Of a stretch of 64,000 bases of DNA, positions 26,359 through 39,620 are shown piece by piece. Within the stretch, counting starts at the first letter, position 1; every line of letters starts with the position of its first letter. Both the position numbers and the translations under genes were made by a program. Below the pieces are notes generated by a model. That model saw only the letters and a program-made list of their open reading frames with translations, ran no database searches and was not told the DNA's origin. Source of the stretch: Octopus vulgaris (taxonomy: Eukaryota); NCBI GenBank assembly GCA_951406725.2, contig OX597830.1, positions 77,376,001 through 77,440,000 of the forward strand, in the 5' to 3' direction.

Positions 26359-28686
26359 TTATTGCTCATTTAGCTTGGGTTCGAATTTATCAATAAAATT
26401 CTTTTCTCTGATTTTCCTCTCGATTTCACTTGGGCTGTGTAATTTGTAGAATGGAAATATTATATATATTTTCCGACCACATGTTGCTAGGTGGTTACTC
26501 AAAGGTATCTGACGGACCTCTGGGTCTCTAATCTGTTGCCGGTGTACACGTGAGCGTTCTAATAGTGCGTTTCCCGTCTGACCTACATATATTTCTTCAC
26601 AATTTGGGCATTTGATGCAGTAAATTAAATTTCTGCTTTTGCAGTTCATATTCGCGTTTGTGAATATTTTCCCGGTTTTTGTGTTTATATATTGACCGGT
26701 ATGTATGAATTGGCATGTGCCACATCGGCTATCATTGCATTTAGATACCGTGAATGTTTGGTCTTTGTTGCTGAGGTCAAATTTTGCCTTTGTTAGTAAT
26801 GTTTTCAAGTTTTTAGGCTGTCTTTTACTAAGCACCATAGCTCGATCCTTGATTATGTCTTTTAATTCATTACTTTGGGCAATGATTGGAAGGTTTGCTT
26901 TGGCAATGTTGAAGATATTCTGGTGACATGGGTTGTGTGTCACTATGAATGGTATTACTTGTTCTTGTTTTCCTCTTCCTTGGGTTGTCCTAAGTTGTTG
27001 TATAGGTATTTTTATAGCCCGCTGTATGCCATTTTCTATAAGTAGAGATGGGTATTTTTGTTTGAGCAAAAATTCTCTTAGTTCTACTAGGCGTTTGTTC
27101 CTGATATTTGCATCTTCTACAATAGTACAAATTCTTCTGGCTAGGCAGTATGGGATGTTACGTTTTGTATGTGGTGGATGGCACGACTTAAAATTTAGGT
27201 ATTGATGTGTGTCTGTGTGTTTATAGTATATATCTGTGGTGATGGTGGTGTCTTTTTTAATTACCATTATATCCAGGAATGGTAATTTGGTACTACTCAT
27301 CTCCTTTGTAAATTTGAGAGATGGGTGTAGGTTGTTCAGGAGGATATTGAACTCTTCCAGAGTATTTAGAGATTCTGTCCAGATTATGAAACAGTCGTCT
27401 AGGTATCTCTTCCATGCCTTTTCAATATACTTTCTAAATCCAGTGCCATAGTTTACCTCTACCTCTTGGTAGAGTTGTTCTTCTAAGTATCCCATTACAG
27501 AGTTGGCGTAAACGGGAGCAAACCTCGTTCCCATCGCCGTGCCTCTAATTTGGATGTAATTCTTTCCATTGAAGAAGAATGTGTTATTTTCTAGAATAAG
27601 TTTGACTGTGTCTAATATAAATGGCACTGTGAATCTGCTGGGAATCACTTCTCTATGTTTTTCTAACCAGTATTTAATCGCCTTTATTCCTAAATCGTGT
27701 GGAATATTGGTGTAGAGGCTTACCACATCAAAACTTAGTAAAACTGAATTTGTTTCTGTTGTTTTGGGAAGATGGGACAGGAAGTCGATGTCATCCCTGA
27801 TGAAACTTGGTATGTAAGTACATAGTGGTTTCAAAACAATGTCAATAAAATTGCTTAGACGGTGTGTAGGGCATGCTGGACCAGCTATAATAGGTCTAAG
27901 TTTTAGGTCTTTTGGATGTAATAATTTTATGTACTCACTTTCTTGTTCTTTTACTGCCTGTTGAATGTTTTTTGATTTGTGTATTTTTGGTAAGCCGTAG
28001 AAGTTGCTGGGTTTTGGTTCAAAATTGGTGATGTAGTCTTTTTCATTATCCGTAAGTGAGTTGTGGTGTGTTGAAATCAGGTTGTTGATCTTTTTCATGA
28101 TGTGGTGGTCTATATTTGCGGGTATTTCACAATAGAAGGTTGTATCCTTCAGTTGGTCTTCAACCAAATCCTTATAGTATTCGGTATCCATAATAACAAT
28201 TGCACCACCTTTATCTGCTTGTTTAATTATTATTGTTTGATCGTTTTGTATACGTTTACATGCAGACATCTCTGATTTGCTAATGTTTGGCCTAACATTG
28301 GTATTGCGTCTAAGGGGAAATTTAGACAGGATATCAATGTATTGGTCAAGGTAGTTATTTCTTCCTTTTGGTGGGGTGAAATTTGATTTATTCCTTACTA
28401 GGGATTCATCAATCTCATTACTTTTGTTAGCGAAGAATTCTACAAGTCGTAATTTTCGACAGAATTTTTGGATATCCTCCTTTAATTCTTGGTGGTTGGC
28501 TGTTGGTGTAGGTGTGAATTTCAGTCCTTTTGACAGAAGTTGGATTTCATCATTGTCAAGATCTCTTTTTGATAAATTAATTATTTTAGGATCTATACGT
28601 TCAGTTGTTTGGGGTATGTTTCCTCTTGGATTTTTTCTTTCTCCGGTGTTTGTTGTCCTGACGTAAAAAAATGGATTTTTTTCTGG
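26359..28686 (-). CDS. PLE polyprotein: reverse transcriptase + GIY-YIG endonuclease
   Basis: ADKGG, FYGLPKIHK, LRPII, SFDVVSLYTNIP, GTAMGT, RYLDD, FLD, CNDSRCGTC linker, LIYCIKCPNC..YVGQTG; frame stays open upstream of Met 28269 (IINLS..LLSKGLKFTPTP) to ~28686. Confidence 0.95.
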   Translation of the reverse strand, partial: PEKNPFFYVRTTNTGERKNPRGNIPQTTERIDPKIINLSKRDLDNDEIQLLSKGLKFTPTPTANHQELKEDIQKFCRKLRLVEFFANKSNEIDESLVRNKSNFTPPKGRNNYLDQYIDILSKFPLRRNTNVRPNISKSEMSACKRIQNDQTIIIKQADKGGAIVIMDTEYYKDLVEDQLKDTTFYCEIPANIDHHIMKKINNLISTHHNSLTDNEKDYITNFEPKPSNFYGLPKIHKSKNIQQAVKEQESEYIKLLHPKDLKLRPIIAGPACPTHRLSNFIDIVLKPLCTYIPSFIRDDIDFLSHLPKTTETNSVLLSFDVVSLYTNIPHDLGIKAIKYWLEKHREVIPSRFTVPFILDTVKLILENNTFFFNGKNYIQIRGTAMGTRFAPVYANSVMGYLEEQLYQEVEVNYGTGFRKYIEKAWKRYLDDCFIIWTESLNTLEEFNILLNNLHPSLKFTKEMSSTKLPFLDIMVIKKDTTITTDIYYKHTDTHQYLNFKSCHPPHTKRNIPYCLARRICTIVEDANIRNKRLVELREFLLKQKYPSLLIENGIQRAIKIPIQQLRTTQGRGKQEQVIPFIVTHNPCHQNIFNIAKANLPIIAQSNELKDIIKDRAMVLSKRQPKNLKTLLTKAKFDLSNKDQTFTVSKCNDSRCGTCQFIHTGQYINTKTGKIFTNANMNCKSRNLIYCIKCPNCEEIYVGQTGNALLERSRVHRQQIRDPEVRQIPLSNHLATCGRKIYIIFPFYKLHSPSEIERKIREKNFIDKFEPKLNEQ

Positions 28687-29199
28687 TTATGATTTATATT
28701 CCTGTTGATGTTTGCTTGATGAATTTTGCGTTTTGGTTGTGGTACTTTACTTGGTTTCGTTATGTTTTCTGTCTTGTTTTTGGTCTTGTTTTTGGTATTA
28801 TGTATGCTACTTTTCAATTTCTTGTTAGCATTGTTTTTAACCACCTGGAGAAATGATCTGGGTTTACTTCTAGATCTAGATCGGTTTTTTGTCCAGTTTC
28901 TTGTGGGTAATCTGCTACGACCATGACCACTAACAACAACAACAATACTAAAGGTGATCAAGACGAAGATAGCAGGAAAATTATCTTATTTAGGGTTAAA
29001 AGTTCTATTGCCACCACCATCACAACTAGCAACAATAATTAAGGTGCTGACAATGATGATGATGACAATTGAAATATAAAAATATAAAAATCTCTGACAA
29101 AGGATATTTACAACATTTCTAAAAATAACCCAACAATTGCTGCTTCGGCCAGGGTCAAGATACAGGACTCTTGACCTGTCCAACAAAGCGTGATGCCTA

Positions 29200-29316
29200 A
29201 ACCAATCAGCTCAACCAACCAATCAGCTTAAGTAATTGAGTGATACTACACACTGATTGGTCAGAATACAGTTTGCAAAACCTAGCACTCTGGAGCCTAC
29301 CCAGCTGTATTTATAG
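29200..29316 (+). promoter_or_regulatory. Putative Pol II promoter in pLTR (three CCAAT boxes + TATA-like)
   Basis: AACCAATCAG twice, CTGATTGG, then TATTTATAG ~70 nt upstream of the hammerhead; mirrored at ~25927-26043. Confidence 0.45.
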
Positions 29317-29378
29317 CACAGAATCACTCATCTTGCTACAGTCAAAAATTGTGAAGCATGACTGTCAACACTACTACA

Positions 29379-29423
29379 TGAACCCGAAGATTGCAGAATT
29401 CAATGCATGAAAGTACTAGTTCA
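29379..29423 (+). ncRNA. Minimal type I hammerhead in pLTR (U4C variant)
   Basis: Identical to 25820-25864; palindromic stem III AGTACT. Confidence 0.75.
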
Positions 29424-29585
29424 ATCAGAATGAATATTTAACATTCTACTATTTCATTTTATTTTATTCAATTATAATATATTATCTTATAATATATCAT
29501 TATAAGATTGTAAATAAAACGTGAAAATCAGACAAGGTTGGAATTCTTTTTATTAATATATTCTTCTATACACAATCACACCCAC

Positions 29586-29662
<77 letters not shown>

Positions 29663-29689
29663 CATATGTATGTGTGAGCATGTGTTTGT

Positions 29690-29895
29690 GTGTTTGTCCT
29701 CTCAACATCGCTTGACAACCGATGCTGGTGTGTTCACATCCCCGTAATTTAGCGGTTCGGTAAAAGAGACCGATAGTATAAGTGCTAGGCTTACAAAAAC
29801 ATCCTGGGATCGATTGCTCCACTAAAGGCCGTGCTCCGGCATGGCTGCAGTTAAATGACTAAAAGAAGCAAAACAATAAAAGAATAAAAGAATAC
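29690..29895 (+). mobile_element. SINE type A 3' half
   Basis: Matches family tail. Confidence 0.8.
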
Positions 29896-29926
29896 ATATG
29901 TGTGTGTGTGTGCGTTTGTGTGTCTG

Positions 29927-29964
<38 letters not shown>

Positions 29965-30017
29965 TGTCTGTGTGAATTTTTTTGCTTGTGCGCATGTGTG
30001 TATATACATGTATGTAG

Positions 30018-30048
<31 letters not shown>

Positions 30049-30126
30049 CTATACGTACGTGTGCTGTGTATATACATATTAATATATATATATATATTCA
30101 AACATATATATATGTATATATATATG

Positions 30127-30162
<36 letters not shown>

Positions 30163-30171
30163 TGTGTGTGA

Positions 30172-30236
<65 letters not shown>

Positions 30237-31035
30237 CATATAGGCTAACCTTTTCTGTGAAAGAATATGTATATCACTTTGTATGCCAAGGTTGCTGGGT
30301 GTGGCTGTGTATGTATTTGTGTGTGTGTGTGTGTGTGTGTGTGTTGCGTTTAAATGTGTACGGTGTGAATGTTTGGAGGTGGGAGGGGGTGTTTGTGTAT
30401 GCGCGTCTATGTATATAAGTAACAACTACTCGGGGACTAAGAAACTAGACCGACTAAAAAGAAAATATAGGAGCGATGGAGAGTAAATGAACTGGAGAGA
30501 CGGTCTTACTTGCGGAGAGACAATCATAAGCGGAATAGTGGTTGTGTAGACGGTGGAGGCTGCTCCAAAGGCAACGGCGGCAGCAGGAACAACAGTAATG
30601 GCGGCGGCGCTGATGGCTAGAGGTTTGGTGGCAGTTGGTAGTTGGTGGAGCTAGGAGTTGGGTGGAGAGGGTTAGAAGATTGACAGTAGATTAACATAAA
30701 GCTGTATGTTTAAGTGCCACTTTAAGCAAGACCTACGTTGACAGTGATGTATGAGCGTTTATCCGAGCAGATTCTCGTGAAACATGGCGGAAACTTGGTT
30801 CTTGGTCGGCTTTTAACTTTCTCTGCTGTCTTTCAGATTTTTCTCAAACCGCTTCTCCCGCCGTTACCACTGGCCTTCCCAACATTCACATGTCTCTCTT
30901 TCGCTTTCTCTCTTTCTTTTCTCCCCTTGTCACCCTTTTTACTTTCTGCATATGTACTGATATGGGCTTGTGAAGGTTTATATATATATATATATATATG
31001 CATATATATATATATATTGATATATACATATATGC

Positions 31036-31071
<36 letters not shown>

Positions 31072-31144
31072 GTATATATGTATATATGTACATATATATA
31101 TGTATATATATATATGTATATATGTATATGTATATCTATTGATG

Positions 31145-31186
<42 letters not shown>

Positions 31187-32653
31187 TAGAGAGAGAGAGA
31201 GAGAAAGTGAGAGATACATATATATATATACATGTGTGTATATATATGTAGGGAGATAGATATATGTATGTATGAATACATAGATATATATATATTTATG
31301 CATCCATAAACACGTATGTATAAGTGTATGCATATATGTATATATATACATGCACATATGCATATGAAAAATATATATGCACATATGCATATGCACAGAT
31401 ACATACATTTCTTGCATATATATAGTGTATATACAATTTCTACATACATACACATATAGTTATATATGAATATAGTTATCATTCAAATTATATGCTCATA
31501 TGCATCATGAATGCGCATGTGCATTGCTCTATTCGTATATGCTTATATATTAGCATATATATATATATGTATGTATGTATGTATGCGTAATTTGATTGCA
31601 TATGTACATACTTTTTTTTTTAGAAAGATCATACCTGTGGTGAATGCAAGACTTTGTGTCTATACAGATCTGCACTATGTAGTTGCCACATAACGTCAAA
31701 TGTCTGACAAGTTGCTTTCCTTGAAGCTTGAGATCTAGGTCTATTTTTTCGTTCACATAATTAGTGAATTGGAGTTGTTTCTCAAAATGGCGAAATCAAA
31801 AATTGCCCTAAACAACTATGTCATCTTTAAAAGATTTACGTACCATAGCTGTTCTTAGAATTTTGATAAATTTAACGGAGTTAGCGCAAAGGTAAGGAAA
31901 TGCAATATAGTACTGGTGCTTCGTAGAGAGCTTGCAAATGTCAGGTAGGAAAGGGTATCATTGACAACCAATTCAATCTTATGTTTATTCTGAAGTTAGC
32001 GGACTTTGTTTACTACATTACTGTTAAGAACGATGTCTGAGTTCTTTGGATTGAATCCACGAATACACGGCAAAATCACCATTAGTGGGCGATATTTTGT
32101 GATCTATTCGTTGAAAAGTAGGGAAGCATGTTGTAGATATGAACGACTAATGAGTAAGAATTTACCCTGGAGGATGTTGCTGAAAGAAATTTTCTTATTG
32201 GATTTTTGGTGGTCTTATTTGCTCCAGGTACCAAGCGGCCTTCTCTGGAGAAGCTCTTGTGCAACGTTACTCGTCAGTGTATGCAGCTCGGAGATCAGAG
32301 GTCCTATCCAGGTGTAGAAGCTATTCTTCTTCATTGAGAGGTCACACTTCCGGTATTATTGATGTGAGTTTACCATGCTGCAAGAAAGATTTTGCAAATC
32401 ACAAGAAAAAAATTCTTCAAGGTGAGCCATCTCAGAGGAAGCTTAGGAATGAACTAGGAACGAAATGATTGAATAATATTCATAATCTCAGTCGGTCACG
32501 TTTGGGAATCCAGTCAGATAATATAATGACGGTTGCTTCTGATAGGACCCAATCGATGGGATGCCCGTGTTCTGTACTTTCATGACACTCATAAGAACAG
32601 TGGGTGGAAATGGATTGATGTTGCTCAAAATATAACCAGCTAAATTGCGATTA

Positions 32654-32890
32654 AAGGCGGCGAGCTGGCAGAAACGTTAGCGCGCCGGGCGAAATGCTTA
32701 GCGGTATTTCGTCTGCCGTTACGTTCCGAGTTCAAATTCCGCCGAGGCCGACTTTGCCTTTCATCCTTTCGGGGTCGATAAATTAAGTACCAGTTACGCA
32801 ATGGGGTCGATGTAATCGACTTAATCCCTTTGTCTGTCCTTGTTTGTCCCCTCTGTGTTTAGCCCCTTGTGGGTAGTAAAGAAATAGATA
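32654..32890 (+). mobile_element. SINE type D (tRNA head + Deu/Nin-like domain)
   Basis: GGCGGCGAGCTGGCAGAA..GAGTTCAAATTCC head; GCCTTTCATCCTTTCGGGGTCGATAAATTAAGTACCAG resembles the Deu/Nin SINE domain. Confidence 0.85.
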
Positions 32891-33569
32891 TTGCGATTTC
32901 TCCTGTGAGCAGTGTATGTTGTACTTCCCTCCCTTGCCGATATGTACTGTTGAAGTATATAGAAGCACAATGCAAGTAATTCGTTATAGAGTATACCTCG
33001 TAATATAGAATATGATAAGCAGTGATGGATATCCATATCGACGTCACAAAATTTAAACAGTAACGAAATAGCATAACTGCAATGGCAGTCAACACGATGA
33101 TGATCCATGGTTTTCTTTTCCAGTAATAGAATCAAAAAATGTTATCGTAAATAAAAGCTGAGAACCAAATTTATGAAGAGAACTAATAGTTATATGGTGC
33201 ACGTGATTTTGTGTTCCCAAGATATATTGCATTAATGAAACAACAACCTCTTGCTTTCTCTCTCTCTTACTTACTCTCTCCCTCTCTCTCTCACTTACTC
33301 TCTCTCTCTCTATATATATATATATATTCGTATATATATATATATATATATACATACATATACATGCATATATGTATGTGTATGTGTGTGCATGTGTGTG
33401 TATATATGTGAGTATATATGCGTGGGTGTATGCATGTAAATAAGTATATCTATCTATTTATCTCTCTCTCTTTTTCTCACACACACACTCTCTCTATATA
33501 TATATAATATAATATAATATTATATAATATAATATAATATAATATATTATAATATATAGTATATAATAT

Positions 33570-34054
33570 ATGAAATTAAGATGTATGCGTATTCACTTTT
33601 CACGCGAAAACGGCTTCACCAATTGCTTTCATACTTGTGATGCATGAATAATTTTACCTCGGACAAATAATAATAGGTTGTTCATTTGATTTTTTATTAA
33701 CAATTATTAAAAATGAAAGATATTGCTTTTTATATTACATTCACGTCTTTGAAAGTTTTAAAAATATTTACTTCCAGTTTTCTAGCGTCAGATTTCTACT
33801 GAAGCAACAAACAGGTAATGAAGGCCTTCACCAGAAAACTCGTTATACTAAAAGTAACATCTAATGGTCTGGTACACAGAAATATGTTATTAAGATGACT
33901 TATTTGTTGCATACGATTTTCTTTTCACTTTAAGTAAATTCCCATGTAAACGTTTCTAATCGAAAGGCAGAAGATACTAGAAGCAAAAATAAGGAACACA
34001 CACACATAGTGAAATATAGAAATGTAAAGTATAAGTTGTTACATAATCTCTATA

Positions 34055-34055
<1 letters not shown>
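33570..34055 (+). mobile_element. Helitron 5' region deletion derivative
   Basis: Collinear with 58675-58875 and ~59605-59920; ends at a (TG)n run. Confidence 0.7.
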
Positions 34056-34091
<36 letters not shown>

Positions 34092-34403
34092 CGTGTGGTA
34101 GAAATCTACGGATGCACAAACGCACAAAACGGAAAAAATGCAAGTAATATAGACGACTTGTTCCGAAACACCCCCTAATGGGGAACAGGTCTCAAAAACT
34201 ACTCAGTGCTACTATCATTTACAGCCTTATGTCCGTTTGATAACACAGTATGTCAAAACATGTGTATGCGTATATTTTATTTGTATGTATTACATGCATA
34301 TGCAAAAAATCTAATATGCCTGCATAAAAGACATACATCCTCATGTAAGACCTTTATCTAAATGATATACATACGTAATGGCAAACACTACAGATACACG
34401 ACC

Positions 34404-34456
<53 letters not shown>

Positions 34457-34494
34457 CATACATACATACATACATACATACATACATACATACT

Positions 34495-34593
<99 letters not shown>

Positions 34594-34641
34594 TATGAAT
34601 CATAACGAACAGAAATATAGGAAGGTTACATATATAGATAA

Positions 34642-34674
<33 letters not shown>

Positions 34675-34874
34675 CAGACAGTGATTGATTGACCGAATAA
34701 GAGAGAGGAATAGAGATAAAAATATCATGTATAGAAAATGTACATTGAATTGTATTTAAAATTATAGAATAAAAGAATTGGAAACAAAACGCTTCAAATA
34801 TTTATAAATATGCATGTGCTCGTGTCTATATTTGTGTTTATATCTATAAATACGTGTTTATATAAAATATATGT

Positions 34875-34927
<53 letters not shown>

Positions 34928-35073
34928 GTATATATGTGTGTATATATATGTGTATGTATGTATATGTATGTATATATATATATATATATATATATGCATA
35001 TATATACACATACATATCTATAAAGTACATATGCATGAATTATAAATGTTTATCTGTAAATTTTAAATGGCAA

Positions 35074-35148
35074 ACAGCGCCAATGGATTTCTTACTGCCA
35101 GTTATACTAAAAGCATTTAAGGTAATTAAGAAATCAGAGTATCGCTGT
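35074..35148 (+). other. Degenerate hammerhead relic
   Basis: acagcg-ccaatgg...GAAA tcaga GTA t cgctgt; stem I retained, stem III like that at 3602, core decayed. Confidence 0.4.
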
Positions 35149-35390
35149 ATCAGTCATATCTTCCAGCATATCAAATATTTATCTAAATTATCATTAATCC
35201 GCACAGAGATAGGATGTTAATTCATATGTGTTTATGTTTGTGTCTACATATATAAATATAAATGTTCACAAGGGTTGATAGTGGCTTCGAAGTGACGGCT
35301 TTCTTTCAATTTATTAGAGGTTTTAAGACGGGACTTTGAATTCAAAGTCGATTTTTTTCTCCTGGCAAATATTTAATAAATGTACTCTGT

Positions 35391-35556
35391 AGGCGCAGGT
35401 GTGGCTGTGTGGTAAGTAGCTTGCTTTACAACCACATGGTTCCGGGTTCAGTCCCACTGCGTGGCATCTTGGGCAAGTGTCTTCTGCTATAGCCCCGGGC
35501 CGACCAATGCCTTGTGAGTGGACTTGGTAGATGGAAACTGAAAGAAGCCTGTCGTA

Positions 35557-35636
<80 letters not shown>

Positions 35637-35864
35637 AGTGTGTTTGTGTGTCTGTGTGTGTCCCCCTAGCGTTGCTTGACAACCGATGCTGGTGTGTTTA
35701 CGTACCCGTCAATTAGCGGTTCGGCAAAAGAGACCGATAGTAGAAGTACTAGGCTTACAAAGAATAAGTCCTGGGGGTCGATTTTCTCGACTAAAGGCGG
35801 TGCTCCAGCATGGCCGCAGTCAAATGACTGAAACAAGTAAAAGAGTGAAAAAGAGTAAAGAGTA
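35391..35864 (+). mobile_element. SINE type A with expanded internal (TA)n
   Basis: Full copy. Confidence 0.9.
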
Positions 35865-36671
35865 TATAATATATAATAAACGTTTTCTACGTAATTTGAA
35901 ATAAACGTACTCGGCTCTAAGCTTACAAGGCCGAATCGTTAGCAAACCGGGCAAAAGGTTTATTGGCTTTTCGTCTGTCTTTTCGTCTGTTTTGAGTTCA
36001 AATTCCTCTGAATTCTTCGACTTGTCTGTCATCCTTTCGGACTCGATAAAATAAGTATCAATTGATTGGTGGGCTCGATATAATGGACATTCACCCTCCC
36101 ACGCAATCTCTGACTTTGTGCTAAAATTGGAAACCAATATACTTTAAAGCTTACTTTAACTTTTTTAACATCTCGGAATATCGAGACGATACAAAAGCCA
36201 GTCTCACGATGTATTATCATTAACGGGATCCTTTTGGTATACAACTATTAAACTCGACCACATATTGCTACGTATATTAACTTCGATATTTTGCCATGCT
36301 TTCAACGTTCTTTTACTCGTCCTTGCCTGCTTCTCTTCCCGTTCTACGGCCCAGCGCTACCCTTGTATCTCCTCTACGTTTTCTTTTAAAGGCGATTTTA
36401 ATTGGGCGATCTATCATTATTGATCACTGTTCAAGTTCAAATTAAAGTCAATCGTTTTAATTGTGACTGCTACAGATTACAAAAATGCATACAAGCATAC
36501 ACATACTCACGTGTTTATATATATACATACATACACACACACACATATATATGTATATATATATATGTATATATATATATTTATATTTATATATATATAT
36601 GTATATATATGCATATATATATATATATATAAATATATAAACATATATATATATATATATATAAATATATA

Positions 36672-36707
<36 letters not shown>

Positions 36708-37934
36708 CATATATATATATATATCTGTGTATGCATATAGGTATGTATATGTATATACATACACATACACACTCATATATACATATATATAAGTGTAATA
36801 TCACACAATGCTTTAGCAAGACTACTCCATTTTAATATGCCTGTGTATGGATATGCCTGTGTGTATGTATGTGTGTGTGTGTGTGTGTGTGTGCGTGTGT
36901 GTGTGTTTGTATAAATCGTCGGGCGCTTCATTTCCATTGTTTGTTTGTTTTTTTGTAAATATTTCTCGTTTTTTGTTTTTATATTTCACGTTGGCATATA
37001 ATTGTGTTTTGTGTTTTTCGAGGTGGGTGTAATAGATTGTGGATATTTTTAGGGTGAATTTTCCACATAGTCTTGTTGTTGTTGTTGTTGTTGTTATTGT
37101 TGCCATTGACCTTGTTGTTGTTGTTGTTGTTAATGTTGCTGTTGTTGTTGTTGTGTTGTGAGTCTCGCAAACAAAACGACTCATTAGAAATAGATGTATT
37201 CTGAATTCTATCAGTTTCTGCAAACAAATATTGACATCCATCTATTTACACGCGTAATTGGCTTTTTCGTCTTTTATCAACGAAACCTTGTCGATCAATA
37301 TACTGAACAAAACAAACAAAAAAAATTAATCTGAAACAATACATACGCAGACACACACGCGTATGCTCGCACACACGCATGCACAACTGCTCGCACACGA
37401 GCGCGCGCATACGCATGCACGTACACACACATTTTGTGCTTCAGTATTACGTCTAGGGTTAACTCTTTCCCGTGGAATACTCGGCCGTTTAGCAGTCTGG
37501 CTTTAAAATTAGATCAGTGGATTGAACAATCAAATTGTTCGTCGCCAGAAACGTTGGTGACTGGTTAGACCGTAAGAAGCATAGGGACGGTTACGCGATT
37601 TCCCGGTTTCTCAGGTGTATATATTCGTTCTTAGACGGGATACCTGTCCATTGCAGCTTTATTTATTTTTACTAGTTGGGCGAACTCCAGCAACGTAAAA
37701 TGAAGTATTTTGCTCAAGAACAAACCGCATTGCCCGGTCCAAGTATCAATCTTACGAACATTAGTCCAACACCCTAACTACTAAACTATGCGCGTCTCTG
37801 AATCCACCATTGGAGGATTCCTGGATAATTATGTAGACCTTATTTTCTTTGAAGTTATAGTATTTTCATTTTTGGTATTTTCATGTCGCACATGTGTTTA
37901 TAACTCAGTTTAGCGGGGGGGTTTTGGGGTTTCT

Positions 37935-38187
37935 TTTTTAGTTTCAGCTCAGAGCTGCGGCCATGCTGATTCACCGCCGTTAACATATATACACACATAT
38001 ATATATATTTATACATTATATACGACGTGCCTCTTTCAGTTTCCGTCTACCAAATCCACTCACAAGGCTTTGGTCGGCCCGAGGCTATAGTAGAAGACAC
38101 TTGCCCAAGGTACCACGCAGTGGGACTGAACCCAGAACCATGTGGTTGGTAAGCAAGCTACTTACCACACAACCACTCCTGCGCCTT
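37935..38187 (-). mobile_element. SINE type A, internally shortened
   Basis: Reverse complement of family head and tail end. Confidence 0.8.
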
Positions 38188-38398
38188 AAGGATTGTTACA
38201 AAACTAACATCACAACTTTTATTTATTTATTTATTTATATATTCATTTATTTACTTTTTTTATATATTCTTGCAAAGCAAATTAAAATGCAAACTTCTTG
38301 GAACGACAAACAGACAGAGGACCTCTGGAGTACTGATGAGAATATAACGCATATCTACTACAACGAAATTCCACCATTTCCGTTGTTACGTAGACTGG

Positions 38399-38715
38399 CA
38401 CTCCGTCGGTTACGACGACAGTGTTCCAGTACCTCCGATGAACCGATCAGCCTGCTCGTGAAATTACCGTGCAAGTTGCTGAGCACTCCACGGACATGCT
38501 TACCGTTATCGGAGATCTCTGAGAAATTCAGCGATACAGAATGTAACAAGGTTGGCCCTTTGAAATCCAGATACAATTCATTTTTGCAAGTTGATTGAAC
38601 TGGAGCAATGCGGAAATTAAAAAATCTTGCTCAAAGACACAACGTGTCACCAGGAATCGAACTCACAACCTTACAATCGCGAGCTGAATACCCTAACCAC
38701 TAAGCTACGCGCCTT
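38399..38715 (-). mobile_element. SINE type C
   Basis: Reverse complement of 47991-48314. Confidence 0.8.
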
Positions 38716-39145
38716 CCGTAGTTACCTAACTCGTTGCGAATGCTTTGGAAAAATGTAATACAGACGTAAGTCTTAGCGATTTTTAATGTAACCAAGCAGC
38801 TGCTTTCTCGGTTGAAAAACAAAAGAAAAAAAACTGTCTATGTCTAGACTTTGGCGTCTTTATTTCGTCATACTGAAGTATGACATCGTGAATACACTTG
38901 AGACGAAAAGACAGTGTCACATCTTGAAATGGTGAAGAAACACGATGCATAAAGGTAGTCACATCGGAGGGTGACTCGACAATCAGCGAATATATATGTG
39001 TGTGTGGAAGCTAGCTTACCAACTACATCCGTCCGGGTTCAGTCCCACTGCGTGGCACCTTGGGTAAGTGTCTTCTACTAGAGAGCCTCGGGCCGGCCAC
39101 AGATTTGTGAGTGGATTTACGTGTCGGAAACTGAAAGAAGCCCGT

Positions 39146-39183
<38 letters not shown>

Positions 39184-39266
39184 AATTTGTCCCGCTGCAC
39201 ATCTCGACAACCAGTGTTGGAGCGTGCAGTCCTCGTTACTTAGCGGTTCATCAAAAAGCGATTCAC

Positions 39267-39620
39267 TGAAATATGAAAGATGCGGTAAATTAAAGCGAGA
39301 ACTGTGCCTGTTATTGTAGGAGCCCTAGGTATGATAAAAAAGATCTGTCAGAAACATCTGAATAAGATACCAGGAGAACCATGTCTCAGAGAAATCCAAA
39401 AGATTGTGCTGACAAGTACTGCCGACATCCTTGGAAAATCCCTATCCATTTAAATGCCTATGTTGTATATATGAAGATATTTCACTTGCCCTCCCAAGCT
39501 TTCAGTCATACTGTAACATCTCTAAACCTTCACTCGCCCTAAGACACTGGGTGTGTCTTGGCAAGTTATTGTAACAAACATGCATATTAAAAGTAAAAGA
39601 TAGTAGTAATAATAATAATA
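39267..39620 (+). mobile_element. R4/Dong-like non-LTR retrotransposon 3' end
   Basis: TVPVIVGALGMIKK..IPGEP..EIQKIVLTSTADILGKSLSI* (REL-domain C-terminus), 3' UTR running into (TAA)n. Confidence 0.75.

Larger units (their letters stand above)
25686..29557 (-). mobile_element. Penelope-like retroelement (Neptune-like Cys linker) with inverted pseudo-LTRs
   Basis: RT-GIY-YIG ORF flanked by 646-bp inverted repeats, embedded in (TA)n. Confidence 0.95.
28912..29557 (+). repeat. Inverted pseudo-LTR copy (right arm)
   Basis: Reverse complement of 25686-26331. Confidence 0.95.

Noticed and set aside
30480-30900. GC-richer island with AACATGGCG (YY1-like/start context)
   Set aside because: Single motif, no supporting exon structure
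31780-32470. Possible decayed LINE ORF1
   Set aside because: Only a vague Cys-knuckle resemblance; multiple stops
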